Assembly: GCA_026195275.1 (NCBI GenBank)
Contig: JAPHQU010000002.1
Location: forward strand, 5,964-69,963
DNA: 64,000 nucleotides
Direction of reading: 5' to 3'
DNA from: Minisyncoccota bacterium
GTDB taxonomy: Bacteria; Patescibacteriota; Minisyncoccia; Phycocordibacterales; JABMNX01
Part shown: positions 37,901-45,742 of the stretch, one piece after another
Position numbering within the stretch: position 1 is the first letter of the stretch
Layout of the letters: the number at the start of each line of letters is the position of its first letter
The notes under the pieces: generated by a model
Database searches by the model: none
Told to the model about the DNA's origin: nothing
What the model saw: only the letters and a program-made list of their open reading frames with translations
Program-made: the position numbers and the translations under genes

Positions 37901-38544
37901 AAGGGTTTGCAGACGGTGATTCAAACGAGATTGTTATCGGCTACAACGCCACCGGTATAGGATCCAATACGGTAACTCTCGGAAACGACTCTATTGTTAC
38001 CACAGCACTTAAGGGAAATGTCGGCATCGGTACCACAACCCCGTGGGGCAAGCTCTCCATTGAGATGGATACAACCGATCCGTCCTTTGTCGTCTCCAAC
38101 CAGGGCTCATCAACCCCTGCACTCTATGTCTCGGGTGTAAACCAGGACGGCGTCGTGGGTATTGGTACGACCGGTGGCACCGGTCGCAGACTCGATGTCT
38201 TTGACGCGGGCAATCCGCAGTTGCGTCTCTCGCAGACGAGCAGTATCTACACGAACTTCCAAGTTGCAGCAAGCACTGGAGACCTCACGATCGACCTCAA
38301 CCCGAACACAAGCGCGACAAACATTTACCTTACACAAACAGGCGGTTCGACCGGTGCAAACCTGCGTGTGTGTGAAGGTTCGGCCTGCCCGAGTGTGACG
38401 ATCTCAAGCGGTGGTAATGTGCTCGCCGAGAACGGTTTCTACTTCGGCAACGGCTACAAGCTCGACCAGGTCGCTGGCACCACGACCGAGATTGCGGTGT
38501 ATGACACCAGTGCGACTGCGATCATCATCTTCGATGAGTTCTAA
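34912..38544 (+). CDS. giant (1210 aa) surface protein: N-terminal HTH_17-like domain, single TM helix, then tail-fibre-like extracellular region with NVGIGTTSP motifs and seven or eight 17-aa xxNxAxGxxALxxNTxG repeats
   Basis: N-term FSSRDAASYAGYTNDYVSRLCREGKVPGQMMGRVWHV paralogous to upstream gene; TM SVALSFAVFLVFGSYLAK; repeats read directly in translation; stop 5 nt before tatC start. Confidence 0.6.
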   Translation: MPEGIFLNNKKYFSSRDAASYAGYTNDYVSRLCREGKVPGQMMGRVWHVEAEPFLEFILGQEQKKVEQSQALSEGRKKTYQKSVEEDEIEKLTSLSIPRVALPVPAISRELIEKSVALSFAVFLVFGSYLAKDSEFVRATPAAIVSYATEVRNNTLGMVEGVREGVELSSVQTRSLISSVASGAYTDEIKEQFSLKNISLAASNFGGRILDVIERGMKGYLSLVVLAGEGVVSVSDAIAKLPVVAREASVADIVAYSTQKVQDVAASTSGGLGNAREYFLVSIARGVDGAKQIFQNSHTTLAAVNVPDFFGSLSSSIRFGIIDWLDIQSEGVVTTPSFVEEPQAVIEHPVIERVVETRETIVRSGITEEYVLAKLEELNNKLSSKIYDLTASNASSIASNFNTIAKTNIINKLKSVTITSSTITDSTINGNSTFSGTTGSFSGAVDVGSLTVGGEVITGGLTVGTDGIVFVSSSGNVGIGTTSPYAKLSVVGEVVAANFTATSTSATSTFNGALLATRAPTLPHTFSVWSPGASGSNYADASLVINPASSVADGNLITASVGGSVKFIVDAEGGVFTNSLTSVGGVTLSTTTAATFTVEGNTTLGDSVSDVTTINGTLTVTGQTSVSTVDGNFGVGTTSPWARLSVAGVSNGTDPLFTISTSTASATSTAVLVDANGNFGIGTTSPSATFAVEGDAYINGVITTDLTTSGIVDFSGTGTTTFGGDIEVQGLSAINYLETPFIYATSTTATSTFAGGLAIETTGLVYDYSTNRVGIGTASPSQSLDVYGKIAQNGLQMLYNANAGGYTGSLFFGSGGGSLSHTSGSEGYYNTAVGYDTLLSNTTGSYNSALGYKALYSNTTGDSNTAVGKDALRYNTTGFQNTAIGLDALQANTEGYNNSALGFDALYSNTTGYTNIAVGMSALYRNTEGFDNVAVGYEALHDNTIGDGSVALGLGALYNNTTGGWNVALGPHAGRYVTGSVANESSEYSVYIGANTKGFADGDSNEIVIGYNATGIGSNTVTLGNDSIVTTALKGNVGIGTTTPWGKLSIEMDTTDPSFVVSNQGSSTPALYVSGVNQDGVVGIGTTGGTGRRLDVFDAGNPQLRLSQTSSIYTNFQVAASTGDLTIDLNPNTSATNIYLTQTGGSTGANLRVCEGSACPSVTISSGGNVLAENGFYFGNGYKLDQVAGTTTEIAVYDTSATAIIIFDEF

Positions 38545-38549
38545 TATAT

Positions 38550-39347
38550 ATGAGCAACTTTCTTTCAACATATTTTGATGAAGCAAGATTATTTTTCCGC
38601 AATTTCACGGAGTGGTTTTTGCTTTTACTTATTTTCACGATTTTCTTCTTTCTGTTTGGTCTCAAAGAGGTCGTGTTCTTTGAGCGCGTCTTCATGCTTC
38701 CACTTCCAACAAACCCATCGTTTGCTGCAGATTTCTTTAATCAGATGGTCGTGGATCTTGTGCCGCATGAGGTGTTGCTCGTGGTGACGGGTCCACTCGC
38801 GGCATTCATTGCACAGATCAAGATCGCGCTTCTCCTGGCGTTTGTCTTTACGCTTCCGGTCTTCTTGTATCGCTTTGTGCACTACCTCTCACCCGCGCTT
38901 CGTGGGCGCGAGAAGCGAACAATCTTTGCTGTTGCGTTCCTGTCGGCGCTCCTCTTTGCTCTCGGCGGACTCTTCTCGTACCTCGTCTTAATTCCACCAA
39001 CGTTTGACATTCTTTACGTATACACCGGTGCAATTGATGCGGCTCCGTTCTTCACTGTAAATGAGTTTGTCGGGCTTGTACTCTCATTTGTACTCGCGAC
39101 CGGTATTCTCTTCCTACTGCCGGTTGTGCAAGTGCTTCTCACGCGTCTCGGAATCGTTTCTCCACAATTTTGGCGTCAGCAATGGCGCTATGCATTGGTA
39201 GTTTTCCTTGTGGTCTCTGCTATAATTACACCAGATGGCAGTGGGGTGACGATGGTGTTTCTCTCACTCCCTATGACAGGTCTCTACCTCATCGGTAGCG
39301 CTGTGGCGCAACCGATGAGGAGTGGAAAGTGGAAAGTGGAAAGTTGA
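38550..39347 (+). CDS. tatC: twin-arginine translocase subunit TatC
   Basis: six TM helices, conserved TatC pattern incl. LPLPTNPSF... and ITPDGSGVTM. Confidence 0.85.
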   Translation: MSNFLSTYFDEARLFFRNFTEWFLLLLIFTIFFFLFGLKEVVFFERVFMLPLPTNPSFAADFFNQMVVDLVPHEVLLVVTGPLAAFIAQIKIALLLAFVFTLPVFLYRFVHYLSPALRGREKRTIFAVAFLSALLFALGGLFSYLVLIPPTFDILYVYTGAIDAAPFFTVNEFVGLVLSFVLATGILFLLPVVQVLLTRLGIVSPQFWRQQWRYALVVFLVVSAIITPDGSGVTMVFLSLPMTGLYLIGSAVAQPMRSGKWKVES

Positions 39348-39375
39348 AAGTATGAAAATAACTTTTAACCTTACA

Positions 39376-39414
39376 AACCTAATACCTAATTACTAAAACC
39401 TAACACCTAATAAT
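39376..39414. repeat. short tandem ACCTAAT-like repeats (5 copies) in tatC-tatA spacer
   Basis: aaccttacaaacctaatacctaattactaaaacctaacacctaataat read directly. Confidence 0.5.
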
Positions 39415-39687
39415 ATGTTTGGACTCGGAATATCAGAAATAATAATTATCTTGCTTGCCGTGGGGATTCTTCTCTTTGGAAGCAATAAGATCGTTGATCT
39501 TGCGCGCTCAATGGGCCGCTTCACTGGAGAATTCAAAAAAGGAAAGCGCGACATTGAGAACGAGATCACCAAAGCAGAGCAGGAGAACATGGGAGGTGCG
39601 CCAGTATCAGAGAATGATCAGGCGTTGACTCAAGAAGATTCATCAACTGAAGAGGTGGGTGATACCCAAGATAAGAGTCGCTCATAA
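39415..39687 (+). CDS. tatA: twin-arginine translocase subunit TatA/E
   Basis: N-terminal TM then FG hinge and amphipathic helix (MFGLGISEIIIILLAVGILLFGSNKIVDLARSMG). Confidence 0.85.
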   Translation: MFGLGISEIIIILLAVGILLFGSNKIVDLARSMGRFTGEFKKGKRDIENEITKAEQENMGGAPVSENDQALTQEDSSTEEVGDTQDKSRS

Positions 39688-39690
39688 TCC

Positions 39691-39981
39691 TTGACGCGTA
39701 ACTTGCAAACATCCATGCCTATGTCTGAGAAAGAGGAAAATACATTTGAGAAATTCAACAAGAACCGCCGACAATTCCTTGTCGTTGGCGGTGCGAGTGT
39801 AGCTTCGTTTTTCTTGGGAAAGATCTTTGGTCCGAGCATCAATCTCTTCTCGCAAGATATCCCGATTAGCGAGAGAGATTTTAAGGATTTTCGCATCGTG
39901 GAGACCAACAAGGAGATGAAGCTCTACGATCGTAAGGGCAACGAGCTCTTCATCGTTGACAAGGAAAGCTTCCGCGAATAA
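39691..39981 (+). CDS. small protein with twin-arginine signal/anchor (NRRQFLVVGGASVASFFLG)
   Basis: Tat motif read in translation; TTG start at 39691 or ATG at 39715; stop lies inside a perfect 13-bp hairpin (39972-40000). Confidence 0.45.
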   Translation: MTRNLQTSMPMSEKEENTFEKFNKNRRQFLVVGGASVASFFLGKIFGPSINLFSQDIPISERDFKDFRIVETNKEMKLYDRKGNELFIVDKESFRE

Positions 39982-40011
39982 AGGCAAAGCCTTTATTCGC
40001 GAAAACTTTCC

Positions 40012-40037
40012 AGTTGAAAGTTATAAAGTTCATAAAG
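40012..40037. repeat. left inverted repeat flanking Avd/IVS-like gene (agttgaaagttataaagttcataaag)
   Basis: matches reverse complement of 40400-40424 at 22/25 positions. Confidence 0.7.
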
Positions 40038-40054
40038 TTAGAAAGTGTGCGACG

Positions 40055-40399
40055 ATGAAGATAGAAAAATTTGAAGATATCCTCGCGTGGCAGAAAGCTC
40101 AAAAACTGACTCTTTTTGTCTACAAAACATTTCGTAACAATAAGGATTTTGGCTTTAAAAATCAGATAGAGAGAGCGGCGGTCTCAGTGATGAATAATAT
40201 AGCCGAAGGATTTGAGCGCCAGACAAACAAGGAGCTGACAAACTTCCTGTTTATCGCAAAAGGTTCTTGTGGAGAGGTTAGGTCTATGCTCTATGTTGCT
40301 CTTGAGTTAAAATGTATTACAAAAGCAGACTTTGACGAAATGTATAAAATGTCGGTGGAGATATCAAAGATGCTTTCGGGATTGATCAAGACTTTATAA
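40055..40399 (+). CDS. four-helix-bundle protein of the 23S rRNA intervening-sequence protein / Avd-like family
   Basis: kvWQKAqkL...KNQIERAAVSVMNNIAEGFERQT..FLFIAKGSCGEV..L pattern matches the IVS-protein family consensus; track ORF start 39956 is an upstream extension. Confidence 0.7.
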   Translation: MKIEKFEDILAWQKAQKLTLFVYKTFRNNKDFGFKNQIERAAVSVMNNIAEGFERQTNKELTNFLFIAKGSCGEVRSMLYVALELKCITKADFDEMYKMSVEISKMLSGLIKTL

Positions 40400-40424
40400 C
40401 TTTACAAACTTTTAACTTTCAACT
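40400..40424. repeat. right inverted repeat flanking Avd/IVS-like gene (ctttacaaacttttaactttcaact)
   Basis: reverse complement matches 40012-40037. Confidence 0.7.
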
Positions 40425-40433
40425 CGTTTCTCT

Positions 40434-40829
40434 ATGACAATGCGCATCTCAGCAACCCGAATAGACATGGACGACAAGACGCTCCAGAAGCCGGTCCTCA
40501 AGGACTATGGCGAGACAGTGAACGCGCTTGGCTCCGGAGGCGGCACGCGAGATGTCGACCTCACACTCGGCAACGTGGTGACCTGCACAGTCTCTACAAG
40601 CACCAACACATTCACATTCTCGAATCCGTCTGCATCAGGCACCGCCTGCAGCTTCACGCTCATCCTCACCAACGGCGGTTCACAGACCGTCAATTGGCCC
40701 GCGTCTGTTGGCTGGGCAGGCGGTACCGGACCGACCTTGACCAGCTCAGGTGTCGACGTCATCACCTTTGTCACAATCGACGCCGGCACGACATGGTATG
40801 GTTTTGCTGCCGGTCTGGCTATGGCGTAG
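40434..40829 (+). CDS. hypothetical protein (Thr/Ser/Gly-rich, 131 aa)
   Basis: ORF with RBS-less ATG after the inverted repeat; no recognised family; shares short TxSTxNxF motif with next gene. Confidence 0.4.
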   Translation: MTMRISATRIDMDDKTLQKPVLKDYGETVNALGSGGGTRDVDLTLGNVVTCTVSTSTNTFTFSNPSASGTACSFTLILTNGGSQTVNWPASVGWAGGTGPTLTSSGVDVITFVTIDAGTTWYGFAAGLAMA

Positions 40830-40880
40830 TCTATTGTGCTGTGCTCTGTAGGATTTTTGTCTTAGATTCTTATTTCTCTT

Positions 40881-41735
40881 ATGCCCTTCGGAACTTCATT
40901 CAGAACACTTCTTGCGAGCGCGAGTAACGGAAGTGGCGGCGGTTTTAATCTGACAGTTTCTTCCACGACTAACAAGTTCAACCTGTACAATGCGCTTATC
41001 GCAGACGGGTGGAACGGGACTGATGTCGTCGAAGCCACGGTCACCGTGGACACCGGGGTAGTTGTCTATTCGGATACCACGGCGACCGCAGCATTTGATG
41101 CGACAGGGCTTCCGGCTGGGTCCACCTTATCGCTGATCAACCTTGGCTATCTGTACGGTAAGGGGGGAAACGGCGGCGCTGGCGGCTGGAGAGGTGGAGA
41201 TAATTATCCGACCAATGGTGCCGCAGGTTCGGCAGGCGGAACCTCCTTCAAGACAGACAGTAATTGCACTGTCGAAATAACCAACGCCAATGGCTACATT
41301 TATGGTGGAGGCGGAGGCGGTGGCGGAGGCGGTGGCGGGTACTTAATCGGAGGTCACGATTGCGGCATAACCGGTGGTGGCGGCGGAGGCGGTGGTGCAG
41401 GGTATTCTGGCGGTGGCGGCGGAAGCGGCGGAAATATGTCAGGCTCCGGCTGTACTATCGGAAAATGTAGTGGCACTGCCGGATCAACAGGATCATCCTC
41501 TTCCGGAGGTGGTCCGGGTAGTGGCTGTACGGTTAACATCTGCGTTAGCGGCAACGGCGGCGGGGGTGGCGGTCTAGGTGCTGGCGGAAGTTCTGGTAGC
41601 AATGCGTCGTCCTGTAATTCTATGAACAAATCTGGTGGAGGTGGCGGCGCAGCCGGTAAATCCGTCGAAGGCAACACCTACGTCACTTTCTTGTCTGGTG
41701 ACGATTCGACACACGTAAAAGGACCAAAAGTATAA
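40881..41735 (+). CDS. glycine-rich, Cys-containing hypothetical protein (long poly-Gly tracts)
   Basis: GGGGGGGGGGGG tracts, seven Cys in C-terminal half; alternate-frame ORFs across the G-rich DNA are artefacts. Confidence 0.45.
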   Translation: MPFGTSFRTLLASASNGSGGGFNLTVSSTTNKFNLYNALIADGWNGTDVVEATVTVDTGVVVYSDTTATAAFDATGLPAGSTLSLINLGYLYGKGGNGGAGGWRGGDNYPTNGAAGSAGGTSFKTDSNCTVEITNANGYIYGGGGGGGGGGGGYLIGGHDCGITGGGGGGGGAGYSGGGGGSGGNMSGSGCTIGKCSGTAGSTGSSSSGGGPGSGCTVNICVSGNGGGGGGLGAGGSSGSNASSCNSMNKSGGGGGAAGKSVEGNTYVTFLSGDDSTHVKGPKV

Positions 41736-41737
41736 TT

Positions 41738-42613
41738 ATGACAAAAAAGTACGACTTCAAAATTATGAGACTGGATCGTGATAACAAAACCATCGAAATT
41801 GAGTGGGATAACAAGCTCGTTCTTTCATATGACATACCATTTGATGATAATGGGATACCACTAAAGGACCAGTATTTTTTGGATTGGGTTGCCCGCAATG
41901 TCCCTGAGGATGATTTGAGAAAGAAAGAGAGAGTGAATCTGCTCACAGATGCTGATGTCAATATTTTGAATGGACTCAGCGGTACCGTTGAACCTCTCTC
42001 AGGTAAGAATTCTTGTGGGCTTCCTGGAGAATGTAGTGTCGAAAGTGCGATGAAGGAGCTTGTGTGGATTGCGAGTTTCCCAAAGTCCGGTAATACGTGG
42101 TTTCGGGTCATGTTATACGAGACTCTTTTTGGAAAGTTGGTAAACAAAGATTTAGATGATTTATTACCTAACAGTCTGGGGGATCTTCGCGTACATCGAA
42201 ATACACAGTTCATAAGGACCCACGACCTGCCACTTATGCACAAGTGTCCAGCAAAGGCGATATACCTAAAACGCGATTGGTCGGGAGTGATGCAATCCGC
42301 CGACAACCATCAAGAGTTTGCAGGATACAACGTCCTCAAGACCGTGGGTGCCTCTCATGGCGAGCATATTGCCGCATGGGAGAGCCGGAGCGATTGTCCG
42401 GTTCATGTGATTCGCTACGAAGAGATGTGCAAAGACCCGGTTGGTATATTTGTCAAAGCCGCAGAGTTTCTCGGCTTGGATGCTGTTGTGGCTGCGCAAG
42501 TGGCAGCACGAGTGAACAAGGCTTACATGCGGAAGCTCGAGGACGCAGGGCTTCTTGGCATGCACGTTAATTCAGCCCCGGGATTCGGGGGAAAGACCCG
42601 GTTCATTAGATAA
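41738..42613 (+). CDS. sulfotransferase-family protein (PAPS-dependent) with ~100-aa N-terminal extension
   Basis: 5'-PSB motif SFPKSGNTW; start 3 nt after upstream stop. Confidence 0.6.
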   Translation: MTKKYDFKIMRLDRDNKTIEIEWDNKLVLSYDIPFDDNGIPLKDQYFLDWVARNVPEDDLRKKERVNLLTDADVNILNGLSGTVEPLSGKNSCGLPGECSVESAMKELVWIASFPKSGNTWFRVMLYETLFGKLVNKDLDDLLPNSLGDLRVHRNTQFIRTHDLPLMHKCPAKAIYLKRDWSGVMQSADNHQEFAGYNVLKTVGASHGEHIAAWESRSDCPVHVIRYEEMCKDPVGIFVKAAEFLGLDAVVAAQVAARVNKAYMRKLEDAGLLGMHVNSAPGFGGKTRFIR

Positions 42614-42787
42614 ACACTGTTACGTATCGCATTCGGGGGAACACCCGCCTAAGGCTAAAGGTGTAATATAAAATGATTACGGACACCGTGACATATACCC
42701 TAATTTGTTGAGAGCTGTGTGTTTTTGTGTACAAATGGGCTGTTTGGAGGGTAGAAATACTGATACAATGATTAGAATCGGAACCAT

Positions 42788-44206
42788 ATGTTTCAAAGAC
42801 TCGTACACTTCATTAAGTATCATAACGCGCTCCCTATAGCGATATCTATTGTTGTTGCGGGATCCGGTGCTGCATTTGCCGCTACGAATGATGCGGTGCG
42901 CGATCAGGTTGTCTCAAAGGAGGTGGTCATGCAATCGGTTGATAATAGCTACGTTCTCTCAGTTGATCTTGCGGCGTTTAACCCAGGACTCCAGGTGACG
43001 GCTGTTGAAGAAGACGAAGAGTTTTATTATGTCACCTATGCATACCGTACGATTGCGATTGATGATTATGCATGGAAGGACAGATATATTGAAGAGACAC
43101 TTGCGGTCTCCAAAGAGGTGCTTGGCGAGCGCGACCTCGGTAGCTACGTAGCTGAAGAACTCGGACAGACTGTTGAGGCGAGGATGGCATATCTTAAAGA
43201 TGTGCAGTCTATTGAGAAGAGAAACGGGGTGACCAAGAAGGTTGCGACTGTGACGTACTCAGGGCTTGTCGGCAAATTCCTTGAGCCAAAACAAGAATTC
43301 TTTGAGGGATATACCCCAGTCAAAGAGGAACCAAAACCGTACGTTGCATCGGTTGAAGAGTCGAAAGCAAGTGCGGCGATTGCGGCCGCAAACGCGGTTT
43401 CAAACCAGATTGCGGCGGCTATCCCAAGCAAAGAGGAGGTCGAGCGTATTATCGAACGAAAAGTTGCCGAGCTTCTTAAAGAAGGCAAACTCACAGCGTC
43501 AGCTGCCGGGGCTGACACCACAAATGAGACAGGCGCAACAAGTCCGACAGACACTTCTGGCGGTGTCTCAGGAGATACGGAAGCACCAGTTATCACTGTT
43601 CTTGGTAACAACCCCGCGGAGATTGAAGTTGGCGCAAGTTACGTGGATCTTGGCGCGACTGTAGAGGACAACGTTGACAATAACCTCGGTATTCATTACG
43701 CAGTTGATGGTGCTGAGGTTGGTGCTATAGCGATCGACACTTCAACGGACCGCACGTATACCATAACCTACAGCGCGACAGACCAAGCGGGTAACACCGG
43801 TACCGCGGAGCGTGTGGTGATCGTTGGTACCGGAGAGTACACGGAGCCAGAAAGTGAAGAACCTGTTGAGGAAGAAACACCCGTTGAGGAGCCTGCTCAA
43901 CCTGAAGACATCACCGCGCCAATCATTACTCTCATCGGAGATTCGGAGATTACACTCACAGAAGGCGACACATACACTGAAGCGGGCGCGACAGCAACAG
44001 ATGAGATCGATGGCGACATTACAGACAGTATTGTGATTGAAGGTACTGTTGACACAGCGACTCCCGGAGAATACACACTCAGCTATAATGTCTCCGATGC
44101 TGCAGGTAATGGGGCGGTGGAGGTTGTGAGGGTGGTGATCATTGAGGCTGCACCCGAGCAAACCCCAGAAGACAATGAGACCGCGACGAGTACCCCAAGT
44201 GAATAG
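42788..44206 (+). CDS. secreted/anchored protein with two bacterial Ig-like DUF5011-type domains and acidic linkers
   Basis: N-terminal signal-anchor, APVITVLGNNPAEIEVGASYVDLGATVEDN and APIITLIGDSEITLTEGDTYTEAGATATDEIDGD repeats. Confidence 0.5.
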   Translation: MFQRLVHFIKYHNALPIAISIVVAGSGAAFAATNDAVRDQVVSKEVVMQSVDNSYVLSVDLAAFNPGLQVTAVEEDEEFYYVTYAYRTIAIDDYAWKDRYIEETLAVSKEVLGERDLGSYVAEELGQTVEARMAYLKDVQSIEKRNGVTKKVATVTYSGLVGKFLEPKQEFFEGYTPVKEEPKPYVASVEESKASAAIAAANAVSNQIAAAIPSKEEVERIIERKVAELLKEGKLTASAAGADTTNETGATSPTDTSGGVSGDTEAPVITVLGNNPAEIEVGASYVDLGATVEDNVDNNLGIHYAVDGAEVGAIAIDTSTDRTYTITYSATDQAGNTGTAERVVIVGTGEYTEPESEEPVEEETPVEEPAQPEDITAPIITLIGDSEITLTEGDTYTEAGATATDEIDGDITDSIVIEGTVDTATPGEYTLSYNVSDAAGNGAVEVVRVVIIEAAPEQTPEDNETATSTPSE

Positions 44207-44257
44207 TATGGGCGCACTTGGTGGTCGTCTGCAACTTTTTAATACCCCTAATATAGA

Positions 44258-45286
44258 ATGAGAAAGAAACGAGTAGCAATCAACGGGTTTGGACGTATCG
44301 GACGGGCGTTCTTTAAGCTTGCTGAGGCGGACGAATCGTTTGAGGTGGCAGCCATCAACGATCTTGGTGATCTTGAGAACCTCGCGTACCTTCTTAAATA
44401 TGATTCCGCGTATGGGATCAGTGATTTGAATATTGACACCAAGGACGGCGCGCTTGTGGTGGATGGTCGCAAGATTACTTTCATGAGCGAACGTGATCCA
44501 CTCAACCTCCCGTGGGGCAAGATGGAGATCGACCTGGTCCTTGAGTCAACCGGGGTGTTTACGAGCTATGAGAAGTCGCGTGTACACCTAGAGACCGGCG
44601 CAAAACGTGTAGTCATCTCAGCTCCGGTAAAAGACGAGCCGCCAGCGGGTGTTGCTGGTGCCACTGTGCTTATTGGTGTCAACGAAGAGAAGCTCAGGGT
44701 GTGTGACATAAGCTCAAACGCATCGTGCACCACGAACGCATCGAGCCCGGTGATACAGATTCTTGATGAGGTTGTGGGCATTGAGAAAGCACTCCTTAAT
44801 ACGGTTCACGGGTACACTGCCTCACAGAGCCTTGTTGACGGACCAAACAAGAAAGATTTCCGCAAAGGTCGCGCAGCAGCAGAGAATATTATTCCCTCAA
44901 CCACTGGCGCGGCGATCGCGGTCACAAAAGCCATACCGTCGCTTGAAGGGAAGTTTGACGGTATCGCGATGCGTGTACCGATTATTACCGGCTCTCTTGT
45001 CGACATCACTTTTGTCGCAAAACGGGAGGTGACGACTGAGGAGATTAACGGTGCACTCGCGCGTGCGGCGGGAGATGACCAGTGGAAACGCGTATTTTCC
45101 GTTACGAAAGAGCCGATTGTCTCAAGTGATATTGTCGGGAGCCCGTTTGCATCAATTGCCGACCTTTCTTTCACGCGAGTGGTTGGCGGCAACCTCGTGA
45201 AGGTGCTCGCGTGGTATGACAACGAGGCGGGGTATACGCACGCACTCCTTGAGCATGTTAAGCGTTCACTTAGACATATATCATAA
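44258..45286 (+). CDS. gap: type I glyceraldehyde-3-phosphate dehydrogenase
   Basis: VAINGFGRIGR NAD-binding, ASCTTN active site. Confidence 0.9.
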   Translation: MRKKRVAINGFGRIGRAFFKLAEADESFEVAAINDLGDLENLAYLLKYDSAYGISDLNIDTKDGALVVDGRKITFMSERDPLNLPWGKMEIDLVLESTGVFTSYEKSRVHLETGAKRVVISAPVKDEPPAGVAGATVLIGVNEEKLRVCDISSNASCTTNASSPVIQILDEVVGIEKALLNTVHGYTASQSLVDGPNKKDFRKGRAAAENIIPSTTGAAIAVTKAIPSLEGKFDGIAMRVPIITGSLVDITFVAKREVTTEEINGALARAAGDDQWKRVFSVTKEPIVSSDIVGSPFASIADLSFTRVVGGNLVKVLAWYDNEAGYTHALLEHVKRSLRHIS

Positions 45287-45298
45287 GGACGTACGATT

Positions 45299-45742
45299 AT
45301 GAAAATATACATCGCGACAGATCATGCCGGTTTTGAGCTTAAAGGGAGACTCATGCCGCTTTTGCGTGAACTCGGACACGAGGTTGTTGACTGTGGTGCC
45401 GAGACATATGACGAAAGCGATGACTACCCGGACTTTATCGCAAAAGCGGCAGAAGCGGTCTCTGAGAACCCCGAGTGTCGAGGGGTTATCCTTGGCGGGT
45501 CAGGGCAAGGTGAAGCGATCGTCGCAAACCGTTATCCTCGTGTGCGCACGGCTGTGTACTATGGCGGTCCAATCGACATTGTATCGCTTGCGCGCGAACA
45601 CAATGACGCAAACATACTCTCGCTTGGCGCACGCTTTCTTTCTGATGAAGAAGCACAAGAGGCTGTGCGAGTATTTCTTGCGACACCTTTTAGTGATGAC
45701 GAGCGGCATGTACGCCGCATCGCAAAGATAGACAAGTCATGA
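45299..45742 (+). CDS. rpiB: ribose-5-phosphate isomerase B (RpiB/LacAB family)
   Basis: MKIYIATDHAGFELK, GVILGGSGQGEAIVANR. Confidence 0.85.
   Translation: MKIYIATDHAGFELKGRLMPLLRELGHEVVDCGAETYDESDDYPDFIAKAAEAVSENPECRGVILGGSGQGEAIVANRYPRVRTAVYYGGPIDIVSLAREHNDANILSLGARFLSDEEAQEAVRVFLATPFSDDERHVRRIAKIDKS

Noticed and set aside
41264-41677. W/R-rich 68-aa and Pro-rich 107-aa ORFs inside the glycine-rich gene
   Set aside because: Frame artefacts of GGN-repeat DNA (GGC/GGT codons read as Trp/Arg or, antisense, Pro).
39956-42613. Diversity-generating retroelement (DGR) around the Avd-like genes
   Set aside because: No reverse-transcriptase ORF (no YxDD-containing protein) and no ~100-bp TR/VR near-identical repeat pair visible within the window; cannot exclude an RT beyond 64000 for the second cassette.
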